The notes under the pieces were generated by a model. The model was not told where the DNA came from and ran no database searches. It saw nothing but the letters and a program-made list of their open reading frames with translations. From an uncultured Thermoleophilia bacterium (lineage in GTDB: Bacteria; Actinomycetota; Thermoleophilia; UBA2241), in the NCBI GenBank assembly GCA_963808735.1, contig CAWEHE010000008.1, forward strand, positions 192,719 to 256,718: DNA of 64,000 nt, in the 5' to 3' direction. Below are positions 1 through 9,258 of this stretch, piece by piece; within the stretch, counting starts at the first letter, position 1; the number at the start of each line of letters is the position of its first letter. The position numbers were made by a program, and so were the translations under genes.

Positions 1-212
1 GCGAAGACGGCGTGTACCTGCGCATCGGCCACGAGATGACCTCGCCCTCCTTGCAGGAGTGCTCACTCGTGGCGGCCAACTACGGGGTGGCGAACCGCAA
101 TCTCGGCACGGTGAGCGTGCTCGGGCCCACGCGCATGGACTACCAGCGCGTGATCGCGACGGTGCGTGCCACCGCCGACGGCCTGAGCTCCTACCTCGAA
201 GACATCTGGTGA
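1..212 (+). CDS. hrcA: HrcA heat-inducible repressor, C-terminal fragment (5' end outside window)
   Basis: ORF 12..212 ends in an HrcA-like C-terminus (..GPTRMDYQRVIATVRATADGLSSYLEDIW). It sits directly upstream of dnaJ. Confidence 0.5.
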   Translation, partial: EDGVYLRIGHEMTSPSLQECSLVAANYGVANRNLGTVSVLGPTRMDYQRVIATVRATADGLSSYLEDIW

Positions 213-234
213 CCACTCCCGACTGGGGCGACCT

Positions 235-1383
235 GTGAAGCGTGACTACTACGACGTCCTCGGCGTGCGGCGCGACGCCGACGCCGGCGAGATCAAGAAG
301 GCCTTCCGCAAGCTGGCGCGCGAGTGCCACCCGGACGTGAACCAGCACGACCCCGAGGCCGAGGCGCTCTTCAAGGAGGCGGCGGAGGCCTACGAAGTGC
401 TGAACGACGCCGACTCGCGCGCCGCGTACGACCACTACGGGTTCGACGGCCTGCGCGGGCGGCAGATGACCGATTTCGAGCACGTCGGCTTCGGCGACCT
501 CTTCAACATCTTCTTCGGCGGGGGCATGTTCGACTCGGTGCTGCGCGACGCCGGCGGGATGTGGGGCGCGGCGACCGGCAGTGCGCCCGCGCCGCGCGGC
601 GACGACGTTGAGGCGCGCCTTGAGCTCACCTTTGCCGAGGCGGTCTTCGGGGTCACCAGGGAGGTCGAGGTCAAGGCCGATGCGACCTGCGAGACCTGCA
701 GCGGGAGCGGCGCCAAGACGGGCACCGGCCGCGAGCAGTGCCCTCAGTGCCACGGCAGCGGGCGCATGCGCGAGGTCTCCAGCCTCGGTGGCTTCGGGCA
801 GTTCATCCGCACCAGCACCTGCACCGTCTGTCGCGGGCAGGGGACCATCGTCAAGGAGCCGTGCGAGACGTGCCTGGGCACGGGCCGCGTGCGGCAGACA
901 CGCACGGTGCCGGTGGACGTGCCGGCCGGCATCTCCGACGGTCAGCGCCTGCGCCTCGCCGGAGAGGGCGGCGCCGGCTCCCGCGGCGGGCGACCCGGCG
1001 ACCTCTACGTCTCGATCGCCGTCGAGTCCCACGACCACTTCATGCGCGACGGCGACGACCTGATCTACCGGCTCGACGTGACCATGGTCGAGGCGGCACT
1101 CGGGACCACCGCGTACGTGCCCGCGCTCGACGGGGACATCGAGGTGCAGCTCAAGCCCGGGACCCAGCCCGGCGAGGTCAAGTCCTACCGCAGCCGCGGC
1201 GTGCCGGTGCTCCAGGGCTACGGCAGAGGCGACCTCAAGGTGGTGGTCAACGTCCTCGTGCCGCGGCAGCTCACGGACGAGCAGAGCGAGCTGCTCGAGC
1301 AGTTCTCGGCGCTCAGCAGCGAGGCCACATACGAGCCCGACCAGAGCTTCCTCGACAAGGTCCGCGCCGTCTTCCGCCAGTGA
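235..1383 (+). CDS. dnaJ: chaperone DnaJ
   Basis: 382 aa. J-domain with HPD motif (RECHPDVNQHD), G/F-rich linker, four CxxCxGxG zinc-finger repeats, C-terminal substrate-binding domain. Confidence 0.95.
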   Translation: MKRDYYDVLGVRRDADAGEIKKAFRKLARECHPDVNQHDPEAEALFKEAAEAYEVLNDADSRAAYDHYGFDGLRGRQMTDFEHVGFGDLFNIFFGGGMFDSVLRDAGGMWGAATGSAPAPRGDDVEARLELTFAEAVFGVTREVEVKADATCETCSGSGAKTGTGREQCPQCHGSGRMREVSSLGGFGQFIRTSTCTVCRGQGTIVKEPCETCLGTGRVRQTRTVPVDVPAGISDGQRLRLAGEGGAGSRGGRPGDLYVSIAVESHDHFMRDGDDLIYRLDVTMVEAALGTTAYVPALDGDIEVQLKPGTQPGEVKSYRSRGVPVLQGYGRGDLKVVVNVLVPRQLTDEQSELLEQFSALSSEATYEPDQSFLDKVRAVFRQ

Positions 1384-2393
1384 GGCGGCCGCAGTACACG
1401 CGCTACGCGCTGCGGCTGGGGCCGCCGGCGGGGGCGCGGCCGCCTGCCGAGCCGGATCCGCCGGCCGCTCCGGTCCCGCCGCAGGCGCTCGTGGCCGACC
1501 CCGACGACGACTGGTCGGGAGTGGGTGCTCCAGCACCCGGCCCGGACCGGCAGGCGCTCGACTACCGCGCGCCGGCGGCCGTCCGCGAGATCGTCGCCCT
1601 GCAGCCGGCCGGGTGGCAGGAGGAGGAGGACGGCCGGGCTCTCGTGTTCTGGCTCGAGGACGGCGCCGAGGCCGACGCCTCGGTCGGCGCGGCGCTGCAA
1701 CGGATCGGGGCTCTCGGACGCCTCGAGGTCACGCGCGAGCCCCCCGGCTGGGAGGACGCGTGGCGGCGGTTCCACAGGCCGCACGTGATCGGGCGGCTCT
1801 ACGTGCGCCCGCCCTGGTACCCGGCGCGCGCCGGCCTCCTCGACATCGTCGTCGAGGCCGGGCTTGCCTTTGGGACTGGGGGGCACGCGACCACGCGCCA
1901 GTGCCTCGAGCTCATCCAGACGATCCCGACCGGCTCGCTGCTCGACCTCGGCTCAGGCTCGGGCGTCGTCTCCTTCGCCGCCCTGCGACTCGGGTTCGCG
2001 CCGGTCTGCGGCATCGACGTCGACCCGGTCGCCGTCCACGCCGCCGCGGGCAACGCGGCGATGAACGACCTGGCGCCGACGTTCCTGGTCGGCGACGCGA
2101 CCGACCCCTCGTTCCCGCTGCCCGCGGCGGAGGTGGTGGTCGCCAACATCGCGCTCCGTCCGATCCTGCGGCTGGCGGAGCGCTGGCGGCCGGCGGAGCG
2201 CGGCGGAGCCGAGGGGACCCGCGCGGGCGTGCCGGCGCGGGCCGTCGGGGCCGATTCCCCGGCGCACCTGCTGCTCTCCGGTCTCTTGGTGGAACAGGCG
2301 GACGAGGCGCTGGCGGCGTTCCCGGCCTTCGCCGAGATCGCGCGCGCCGACGACGGCACCTGGCTCACGCTGCACCTCACGAGGCGGGCGTGA
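1380..2393 (+). CDS. prmA: ribosomal protein L11 methyltransferase PrmA
   Basis: GTG at 1380 overlaps the dnaJ stop (GTGA). Methyltransferase motif region: LDLGSGSGVVSFAALRLGFAPVCGIDVDPVAV. The longer track ORF 738..2393 runs out-of-frame through dnaJ and is a GC-rich artifact. Confidence 0.8.
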   Translation: MRRPQYTRYALRLGPPAGARPPAEPDPPAAPVPPQALVADPDDDWSGVGAPAPGPDRQALDYRAPAAVREIVALQPAGWQEEEDGRALVFWLEDGAEADASVGAALQRIGALGRLEVTREPPGWEDAWRRFHRPHVIGRLYVRPPWYPARAGLLDIVVEAGLAFGTGGHATTRQCLELIQTIPTGSLLDLGSGSGVVSFAALRLGFAPVCGIDVDPVAVHAAAGNAAMNDLAPTFLVGDATDPSFPLPAAEVVVANIALRPILRLAERWRPAERGGAEGTRAGVPARAVGADSPAHLLLSGLLVEQADEALAAFPAFAEIARADDGTWLTLHLTRRA

Positions 2394-3833
2394 CGCGAGT
2401 CGCCGCCCGCTTCGTGGGCTGCAAGGTCAGTCAGGCCGACGGGGAGGAGGCCCTGGCCCGCCTCGCCGCCGCCGGCCTTCACCCGGTGACGGCACAGGAA
2501 GTCGCGGACGTCGTCGTCGTCCACACGTGCTGCGTGACGGCGGAGGCCGAGCGCAAGTCGCGCCGGCTCGTCCGGCGCGCGGCCTCGGCCGGCACGCGCG
2601 TGGTGGTGGCCGGCTGCGCCGCGGCGTTGCGCCCCGAGCAGTTCGAGGGCGAAGGCGTGACCGTGGAGGCGAGGCCGGACTGGTCACAGGTGGCCGAGCG
2701 GTTGGCGGGCCACGCCGGCGGCGGCCGCGTCGCCGGGAGGGAAGGGACTCTCGCGGCGTCTGGCGCCTTTGGTGGCATCGCCGATGGTGCCGCGGATGGT
2801 GCCGCGGATGGTGCCGCGCGATGGTGCCGCGGATGGTGCCGCGGATGGTGCCGCTGTGGAGAGCACACCTGCCGCTCGGGCTCGGGCCGGCGCCGGCCGG
2901 GCCGCAGCAGCGACCGCGACCGTGGACGGGCCGGCGGAAGCGGCGGACGAGGCGCCGCGCGCCACTCCGGGCGCGAGGACCCGGCTGGTGCTCAAGGTCC
3001 AGGACGGCTGTGCGGGCGTCTGCGCGTACTGCGTGGTGCGGCTGGTACGCGGGGCGCCTCGCAGCGTCCCGCTCGAGGAGGCGCTCGCCGCCGCCCGCGC
3101 GGGCCTGGCACGTGGCTGTGGAGAGGTCGTGCTCAGCGGCATCGACCTCGGCGCGTGGCGCGACGGCGACGCGCGTCTGCCCGGCTTGGTGGCGGCGATC
3201 GCCGGACTGGACGGGCTGCGGCGCGTGCGCCTGTCGTCGGTCGAGCCGCGGCACGTCGATGCGCCGCTCGTCGAGCTGCTCGGGCATCCGCGCGTCGCCC
3301 GCCACCTGCACGTGCCTCTTCAGTCCGCGGACGACGGCGTGCTGCGCGCGATGCGCCGCCCGTACACCTTCGCCGGGTACCTGAGCGCCGTCGAGCCACT
3401 GCAGCGCGTTCCCGGGGGAGCTATGCTGAGCACCGACGTCATCGTCGGGTATCCGACCGAGGACGAAACCGCGTTCGCGCGCACGCTGGAGGCCCTCGAG
3501 AGCGGTCTCTTCGGGCGCGCGCACGTCTTCGCCTTCTCGGCGCGGCCGGGGACGGCGGCGGCGGAGTTGCCGCCCCTGCCGGCCGCGGTGGTCAAAGAGC
3601 GCATGGGGCGCGCGCTGGCGGCCGCCGAGGCGGCCGCCCTGGCCGCGCGCCGCGCGGCAGTCGGCCGCGCCGCCGAGGTCCTCGTCGAGGAGCGGCGCGA
3701 CGGGCTCTGGAGAGGGTACAGTTCGGAGTACATCCGCTACGCGCTGCGGGGCACGGCACGCCGCGGCGACCTGGTGCGCGTCGTTGGCGACGAGGTGAAG
3801 AGCGGCGGCGTGATCGGCGGCGTGAAGGAGTGA
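2390..3833 (+). CDS. mtaB: MiaB-family radical-SAM methylthiotransferase (MtaB-like, by yqeV synteny); frameshifted inside a 12-bp tandem repeat
   Basis: N-terminal MTTase domain (VAARFVGCKVSQ..VVVVHTCCVTAEAE) is in frame 2 up to about 2819. The radical-SAM core (CAGVCAYCVV) and TRAM-like C-terminus continue in frame 0 (track ORF 2769..3833). The join lies in the ADGA-repeat region. Gene order hrcA-dnaJ-prmA-mtaB matches B. subtilis yqeT-yqeV. Confidence 0.7.
2783..2855 (+). repeat. 12-bp tandem repeat GATGGTGCCGCG x6 with one extra C (about 2819) inside the mtaB-like gene
   Basis: Direct reading of the sequence. Encodes (ADGA)n, or MVPR in the other frame. The single inserted C changes the frame. 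Confidence 0.85.
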
Positions 3834-3845
3834 GGGAGTGAGGCG

Positions 3846-4082
3846 ATGAGCGACTGCATCTTCTGCGGGATCGCCGCCGGGGAGGTCCCGGCGCGGGTGG
3901 TGGCCCTGGACGGCGACGCCTCGGCCCGCGCGCTCGGCTGCATCGCCGCCACCGCCCGCTCCGCCGGCGTGGCGGAGAGTGGCTACAGAGTCATCACGAA
4001 CACGGGTCCCGACGCCGGCCAGGAGGTCATGCACCTGCTCTGGCACGTCATCGGCGGGACTCCCCTTGGAGGAACGGCATGA
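3846..4082 (+). CDS. HIT-family (histidine triad) like protein, short/degenerate
   Basis: N-terminus MSDCIFCGIAAGEVPA and C-terminus QEVMHLLWHVIGG match HIT proteins. The middle region, including the HxHxH triad context, is shortened or altered at 78 aa. Confidence 0.45.
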   Translation: MSDCIFCGIAAGEVPARVVALDGDASARALGCIAATARSAGVAESGYRVITNTGPDAGQEVMHLLWHVIGGTPLGGTA

Positions 4083-4537
4083 GAGAGCTCGGCACCATCG
4101 AACAACGCATCAAGGACGACGCCACCGCGGCGCTCAAGGCCGGCGACAAGCGCCGCCGCGAGGCGCTCAACTCGTTCGTCGCCGCGCTCAAGAAGGAGCG
4201 CATCGACAGTCGCAAGCAGCCCACCGAGGCCGACGAGCTCACGGTGCTCAAGCGCGAGCGCAAGCGGCGCGCGGAGGCGATCGAGCTGTACGACCAGGCC
4301 GGACGCGCCGATCTCGCCGATCAGGAACGCTTCGAGGAGGAGCTCCTGAAGGGATACATGCCCGAGGAGCTCACCGACGCCGAGCTCGAGGAGCTGGTGG
4401 ACGAAGGCATCGCCGCCACCGATGCCGTCACGCCCAAGGACATGGGCAAGGTGATGGGCTGGCTCAAGCCCAAGGTCGCCGGCCGCGCCGACGGCAAGAA
4501 GCTCAGCGACCTCGTCCGCGGTCGTCTGGGGGGCTGA
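4079..4537 (+). CDS. yqeY: GatB/YqeY domain protein
   Basis: 152 aa. Start overlaps the previous stop. Typical YqeY composition (KAGDKRRREALNSF..ELLKGYMPEELTDAELEELV). Confidence 0.75.
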   Translation: MRELGTIEQRIKDDATAALKAGDKRRREALNSFVAALKKERIDSRKQPTEADELTVLKRERKRRAEAIELYDQAGRADLADQERFEEELLKGYMPEELTDAELEELVDEGIAATDAVTPKDMGKVMGWLKPKVAGRADGKKLSDLVRGRLGG

Positions 4538-4539
4538 AG

Positions 4540-5556
4540 GTGACGCCGGTGACGCGCATGGTGATCGATCTCGACAGCAACAGCGTCGCCCTCGGCCTCG
4601 CCGGGGAACACGACGCTCACCTCAAGATCCTCGAGCAGCGGCTCGACTGCACGCTGACGCTGCGCGGCAACGTGCTCATCCTCGAGGGCGACACGGACGC
4701 CGTGGAGAAGGCGCGCGCCGCTATCGACGAGCTGCTCACAGTGATCCAGAGCGGCCGTCCGATCAACCCGGGCATCGTCGAGTCGCTCATGGACATCGCC
4801 GTCAACTCCTCGGGCAAGCCCTCGGAGGTCTACGGCGACGTGGTGTGGACGCACCGCGGCCGCCAGATCGGCCCGCGCACCGTCAACCAGAAGTTGTACG
4901 TCGACGCCATCCGCAAGAACACCATCACGTTCGGCATCGGCCCTGCCGGCACCGGCAAGACCTATCTGGCCACCGCGATGGCCGTGAACGCCTTCTTCGG
5001 CAAGCAGGTCGGACGCATCATCCTCACGCGGCCGGCGGTGGAGGCTGGGGAGAGCCTCGGGTTTCTGCCCGGGACGGTGAGCGAGAAGGTCGATCCGTAC
5101 TTCCGGCCGCTGTTCGATGCCCTCTACGACATGATCGACGGCGAACGGCTCGCGGCGCTCATCGAGAAGGGCGAGATCGAGGTGGCGCCGCTCGCCTACA
5201 TGCGCGGGCGCACGCTCAACGACTCGTTCATCATCCTCGACGAGGCGCAGAACACCTCACCCGAGCAGATGAAGATGTTCCTCACGCGCCTCGGGTTCGG
5301 AAGCAAGATGGTGGTCACCGGCGACGTCACGCAGATCGACCTGCCGCACAGCCGGACCTCGGGGCTGGTGACGGTGCCCGAGGTCCTCGACGATGTCGAC
5401 GACATCACCATCGTCGAGTTCGACGGGCACGACGTCGTGCGTCACAAGCTCGTCCAGCGCATCGTCAACGCGTACAAGGCGCACGACGACCAGCTGGATG
5501 CGGCGCGGGCGCAGCGCTCCGCGTCCGGCCCGCACCACGACCGGAGTGACTCGTGA
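4540..5556 (+). CDS. phoH: PhoH-like ATPase (PhoH/YbeZ family)
   Basis: Walker A GPAGTGKTYLA, Walker B IILDEAQN, and a KH-like N-terminal region. GTG 4540 (or ATG 4558) just after the yqeY stop. The track ORF 3979..5556 has an out-of-frame N-terminal extension. Confidence 0.85.
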   Translation: MTPVTRMVIDLDSNSVALGLAGEHDAHLKILEQRLDCTLTLRGNVLILEGDTDAVEKARAAIDELLTVIQSGRPINPGIVESLMDIAVNSSGKPSEVYGDVVWTHRGRQIGPRTVNQKLYVDAIRKNTITFGIGPAGTGKTYLATAMAVNAFFGKQVGRIILTRPAVEAGESLGFLPGTVSEKVDPYFRPLFDALYDMIDGERLAALIEKGEIEVAPLAYMRGRTLNDSFIILDEAQNTSPEQMKMFLTRLGFGSKMVVTGDVTQIDLPHSRTSGLVTVPEVLDDVDDITIVEFDGHDVVRHKLVQRIVNAYKAHDDQLDAARAQRSASGPHHDRSDS

Positions 5557-6116
5557 ACCTCGTCGAGGTGGTCAACGCCACGCGTACGGACATCGACGAG
5601 GAGCTCGTCGCCCGCCTCGTGGCCACGGTGCTCGAGGCGGAGGGCGTGGCCGGCGCCGAGGTCGCCGTGGAGTTCGTCGGCGAGGCGCGCATCCGCGCCT
5701 TGAACCGCGAGCATCGCGGCAGGGACGAGGTCACCGACGTGCTCTCCTTTCCGCTCGAGGACTGGGACGAGGCCGACGACGCGCCGGCTCCCGCCGGCCC
5801 GGCGGGCGAAGGCCGCACTCGCCCGGCAGCTTCGCCGGCGCCCGACCTTGGCGAGGTCGCCGCGGCGGTCGTCGCCGGCGAGGCCGGGCCGCCGCTCATG
5901 CTCGGCGACATCGTCGTGTGCACGCGCCGGGCGCTGCGGCAGGCGCACGCCGACTCGCTGCCGCCGGCCCTGGAGCTCGCCGTCCTGCTCGCCCACGGCA
6001 CGCTGCACCTGCTCGGCTACGACCACGAGACCGATGCCGGCCAGATGGCGTTCCGCCAGGCCGAGGTGCTCGAGCTCGTCGATTGGGAGGGCCTCGTTGT
6101 CGCAGCGTCGCGGTAA
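5553..6116 (+). CDS. ybeY: rRNA maturation endoribonuclease YbeY
   Basis: GTG overlaps the phoH stop. Conserved HGTLHLLGYDH metal-binding motif. Contains a Pro/Ala-rich insertion. Confidence 0.85.
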   Translation: MNLVEVVNATRTDIDEELVARLVATVLEAEGVAGAEVAVEFVGEARIRALNREHRGRDEVTDVLSFPLEDWDEADDAPAPAGPAGEGRTRPAASPAPDLGEVAAAVVAGEAGPPLMLGDIVVCTRRALRQAHADSLPPALELAVLLAHGTLHLLGYDHETDAGQMAFRQAEVLELVDWEGLVVAASR

Positions 6117-6819
6117 CCTGCTCCACAGCTTCAACTACGCCTTCGACGGTGTGGTGTACGCGCTCCGTCGCGAGCGCAACATGTGGGTCCATTTCGGCAT
6201 CGCCGGGCTGGTGCTCATCGCCGCCCTGTTCTTCGCGCTCACCCGCCTCGAGGTCATTGCGCTGCTGGTGGCGATCTCCTTCGTGCTCATCACCGAGATG
6301 TTCAACACGGCGCTCGAGCACGTCGTCGACCTGGTCACCGACGAGGACGACCCGCGCGCCCGGATCGCCAAGGACGTTGCCGCCGGCGCCGTCCTCATCG
6401 CCGCGGTCAACGCCGTCGCCGTGGCCTACCTGGTCTTCTACGACAAGATCACCAGCGTGCCGTACACGATCCTGAGCAAGCTGCGCGGCTCACCCATCGA
6501 CGTCACCGTCATCGCCCTGTTCATCGTCGTCCTGGCCGCGATCGCCCTCAAGGCGCTCACGCACCGCGGCACCGCGTTCCACGGCGGGCTGCCGTCGGTC
6601 CACGCCGCGCTGGCCTTCGCCGCGTGGGTGGCGGTCACGTTCGTCGCCGTCGGGACGACCTTCGCGCTGCCGATCTCGGCGATCACCTTGTTCCTGGCCT
6701 TCCTCGTCGCCCAGAGTCGCGTCCAGGCCAAGATCCACACCTTCGCTGAGGTGTTCGTGGGCGCCGCGCTCGGCATCGCGATCACGAGCCTGCTCTTCAG
6801 GATCTGGTACCCGTTGTGA
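6097..6819 (+). CDS. dgkA: diacylglycerol/undecaprenol kinase DgkA fused to a PAP2-like phosphatase domain
   Basis: TTG 6097 with a GGGAGG RBS 7 nt upstream. DgkA motifs (LLHSFNYAFDG..RRERNM..EMFNTALE). C-terminal half has PAP2-like PSVHAA and SRVQAKIHTFAEV motifs. Position after phoH-ybeY as in B. subtilis. Confidence 0.65.
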   Translation: MSQRRGNLLHSFNYAFDGVVYALRRERNMWVHFGIAGLVLIAALFFALTRLEVIALLVAISFVLITEMFNTALEHVVDLVTDEDDPRARIAKDVAAGAVLIAAVNAVAVAYLVFYDKITSVPYTILSKLRGSPIDVTVIALFIVVLAAIALKALTHRGTAFHGGLPSVHAALAFAAWVAVTFVAVGTTFALPISAITLFLAFLVAQSRVQAKIHTFAEVFVGAALGIAITSLLFRIWYPL

Positions 6820-7229
6820 GCCGGCTCCCCGAAGCACCGGAACTGCAGCTCTTCGAGGAGGCGCGCGGCGTCGCCGAGAGGGCCTACGCACCGTACTCGG
6901 GGTACGCCGTGGGCGCCGTGGCGGTCGGCCCGTCGGGCCGCGGCCACCACGGCGTCAACGTCGAGAACGCCGCGTCTCCCGCCGGCCTCTGCGCGGAGCG
7001 GGCCGCTGTGGCTGCGCTCGTCCTCTCCGGCGAGCGCGAGCTCGCGTACGTCGCGGTCGCCGCCCTCGACGGCTCCGACTGCCTGCCCTGCGGGATGTGC
7101 CTGCAGGCGCTCGCCGAGTTCGGCGACCCCGAGATCGTCGCCCGCGCCGGCGGCGACGTGCGCGTCGTGCGACTGCGCGACCTGTTGACGGCGCCGTTCG
7201 CGCTGCCGGAACCGGGCGCCGATGGGTGA
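6816..7229 (+). CDS. cdd: cytidine deaminase
   Basis: 137 aa. CAERAA and PCGMC zinc-binding motifs. Follows dgkA as in the phoH-ybeY-dgkA-cdd-era operon. Confidence 0.85.
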   Translation: MSRLPEAPELQLFEEARGVAERAYAPYSGYAVGAVAVGPSGRGHHGVNVENAASPAGLCAERAAVAALVLSGERELAYVAVAALDGSDCLPCGMCLQALAEFGDPEIVARAGGDVRVVRLRDLLTAPFALPEPGADG

Positions 7230-8109
7230 CGACTTCCGCAGCGGGTTCGTCGCCGTCTTCGGCCGGCCGAACGTCGGCAAGTCGACGCTGGTGAACGCCC
7301 TCGTGGGGCGCAAGGTAAGCATCGTCAGCGACCATCCGCAGACGACGCGGCGGCGCATCACCGGCGTGGTCACGCTCGACGGATGCCAGATCGTCCTGCT
7401 CGACCTGCCCGGCTTCCAGAAGCCGTTCGACTCCCTCACCAGGCGCATGCAGACCACCGTCGACGACGCGCTCGGTGAGGTCGACGGGGCGCTCGTGCTG
7501 CTCAATGCGACCGAGACCTTCGGGTCCGGCGACCGCTACATCGCGCAGGCGGTCGCCTCCTCCGGTCTGCCGGCGCTGTTCGTGCTCAACAAGATCGACC
7601 TCGTGGACGGGCGCCGGCTGGGCGCGCGTCTGGGCGAGGCGCGCGCCCTCTCCGGCGGAGGGGAGGTCCTCGCCGTCTCCGCGCTGCGCGGGGACGGGCT
7701 CGCCGACGTGCTCTCCCGGCTGGAGGCGGCGATGCCGCCGGGTCCTGTCTACTTCCCCGACGGACAGCAGAGCGACCAGCCGCTCGAGATGCTGATGGCC
7801 GAGCTCATCCGCGAGCAGGCGCTGCGGCTCACCCGCGACGAGGTCCCGCACGCGATCGCCGCCGAGGTCGGCTCGATCACCGAGCGCAGCGACCGCCCGC
7901 TGGTCGAGATCGAGGCGAGCCTGATCGTGGAGACCGAGTCGCAGAAGGCGATCGTGGTCGGCAAGGGCGGCCGCATCGTCAAGGCCATCGGCAGCGGCGC
8001 GCGCCACGAGATCGAGGCGATCCTGGGCGTGCACGTGTTCCTCGACCTGCGCGTCAAGGTGCGCAAGCGCTGGCGCCGCGACGACCGCTACGTCGACCAC
8101 CTGCTGTAA
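7222..8109 (+). CDS. era: GTPase Era
   Basis: G1 GRPNVGKSTL, G3 DLPG, G4 NKID. C-terminal KH domain (AIVVGKGGRIVKAIG). Confidence 0.95.
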   Translation: MGDDFRSGFVAVFGRPNVGKSTLVNALVGRKVSIVSDHPQTTRRRITGVVTLDGCQIVLLDLPGFQKPFDSLTRRMQTTVDDALGEVDGALVLLNATETFGSGDRYIAQAVASSGLPALFVLNKIDLVDGRRLGARLGEARALSGGGEVLAVSALRGDGLADVLSRLEAAMPPGPVYFPDGQQSDQPLEMLMAELIREQALRLTRDEVPHAIAAEVGSITERSDRPLVEIEASLIVETESQKAIVVGKGGRIVKAIGSGARHEIEAILGVHVFLDLRVKVRKRWRRDDRYVDHLL

Positions 8110-8174
8110 GCGCCGGGACTGGTATACTCGCCGACGCTCCGCCCGTCCGTCGCCCGCCGTCCGGAGGTCGAGGC

Positions 8175-8861
8175 GTGCACGCCGAAGAACTCGCCAGGAC
8201 CATCGATCACACGCTGCTGCGCGCCGACTCGACCAGCGCCGACGTCGAGACGCTCTGCGCGGAGGCGGCCGCGTATCACTTCGCCGCCGTCTGCCTGTTC
8301 CCGCACTTCGTCCCGCTGGCCGCCGGCCTGCTGCGCGGCACCGGCGTGCACACGTGCACCGTCATCTCGTTCCCGTTCGGCGCCGACACGCCGATGGTCA
8401 AGGCCCTCGCCGCCGCCGACGCGGTCGCCCGCGGCGCCGACGAGGCGGACGTCGTCATCAACGTGCCCGCCTTCCTCTCCGGCGAGGTCGGGCTGGTGCG
8501 CGACGAGCTCGCCGGCATCGTGCGCGCCGTGCGCGAGCGTGGCGTCGACATCGGGCGCGATCACGTGATCGTGAAGGCGATCATCGAGACCTGCTACCTG
8601 GACGAGGGTCTGAAGCGGCTCGCCTGCCGGGTCTGCGAAGAAGCGGGCGTCGACTTCGTCAAGACCTCGACCGGCCTCGGTCCGAACGGCGCGACCGCGG
8701 AGGACGTCGAGCTGCTCCGCGGTTGCCTCGACGAGCGCATCGGCATCAAGGCGTCCGGCGGCATCCGCACCGCCGACGACGCCGAGCGCATGGTGAATGC
8801 CGGTGCCGGCAGGATCGGCACCAGCGCCGGCGTCGCCATCATGAAGGAGCGCCTCGCCTGA
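8175..8861 (+). CDS. deoC: deoxyribose-phosphate aldolase
   Basis: 228 aa. DeoC pattern: [16 protein letters not shown], active-site Lys context [17 protein letters not shown]. Confidence 0.9.
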   Translation: MHAEELARTIDHTLLRADSTSADVETLCAEAAAYHFAAVCLFPHFVPLAAGLLRGTGVHTCTVISFPFGADTPMVKALAAADAVARGADEADVVINVPAFLSGEVGLVRDELAGIVRAVRERGVDIGRDHVIVKAIIETCYLDEGLKRLACRVCEEAGVDFVKTSTGLGPNGATAEDVELLRGCLDERIGIKASGGIRTADDAERMVNAGAGRIGTSAGVAIMKERLA

Positions 8862-8892
8862 CGAGGGCGACCGGCGAGGCACAGGCGACATC

Positions 8893-9258
8893 GTGGACCA
8901 CGGCAGCTTCCTCGAGCTCGTGCGCTACAGCGCCGACGGCCTCGTGCCCTGCGTCGTCCAGGCGGCAGAGGGCGGAGAGGTCCTCATGGTCGCCTACGCG
9001 AACGAGGAGGCCATGCGGATGACGCTGGCCACCGGCGAGGCGCACTTCTGGAGCCGCAGCCGGCGCGAGCTCTGGCACAAGGGCGGCACCAGCGGCAACG
9101 TGCAGCGTGTCGTGTCCGCCAGGCTGGACTGCGACCACGACACGGTCCTCCTCGTGGTCGCGCCCGCCGGCCCGGCGTGCCACACGGGAGCCGTGAGCTG
9201 CTTCCGCGACGAGGCCAACGGCGGCGCGGCCACGAGCCCCTCGGCCGAGAGCGAGTGA
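8893..9258 (+). CDS. hisI: phosphoribosyl-AMP cyclohydrolase
   Basis: 121 aa. HisI motifs ([37 protein letters not shown]). Confidence 0.85.
   Translation: MDHGSFLELVRYSADGLVPCVVQAAEGGEVLMVAYANEEAMRMTLATGEAHFWSRSRRELWHKGGTSGNVQRVVSARLDCDHDTVLLVVAPAGPACHTGAVSCFRDEANGGAATSPSAESE

Noticed and set aside
200-240. Expected CIRCE (HrcA operator) inverted repeat upstream of dnaJ
   Set aside because: No TTAGCACTC-N9-GAGTGCTAA-like element is visible between hrcA and dnaJ. The operator presumably lies upstream of hrcA, outside the window.
738-5556. Very long ORFs in alternative frames (738..2393 N-terminal part, 1613..3841, 2427..4046 minus, 3979..5556 N-terminal part) and similar ones throughout (6438..7505-, 6955..8100-, 8994..11006-, 15777..17186-, 21834..23519 tail, 30674..32626 head)
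   Set aside because: They are Arg/Ala/Pro-rich low-complexity translations typical of stop-codon-poor high-GC DNA. They overlap well-conserved genes in another frame or strand.
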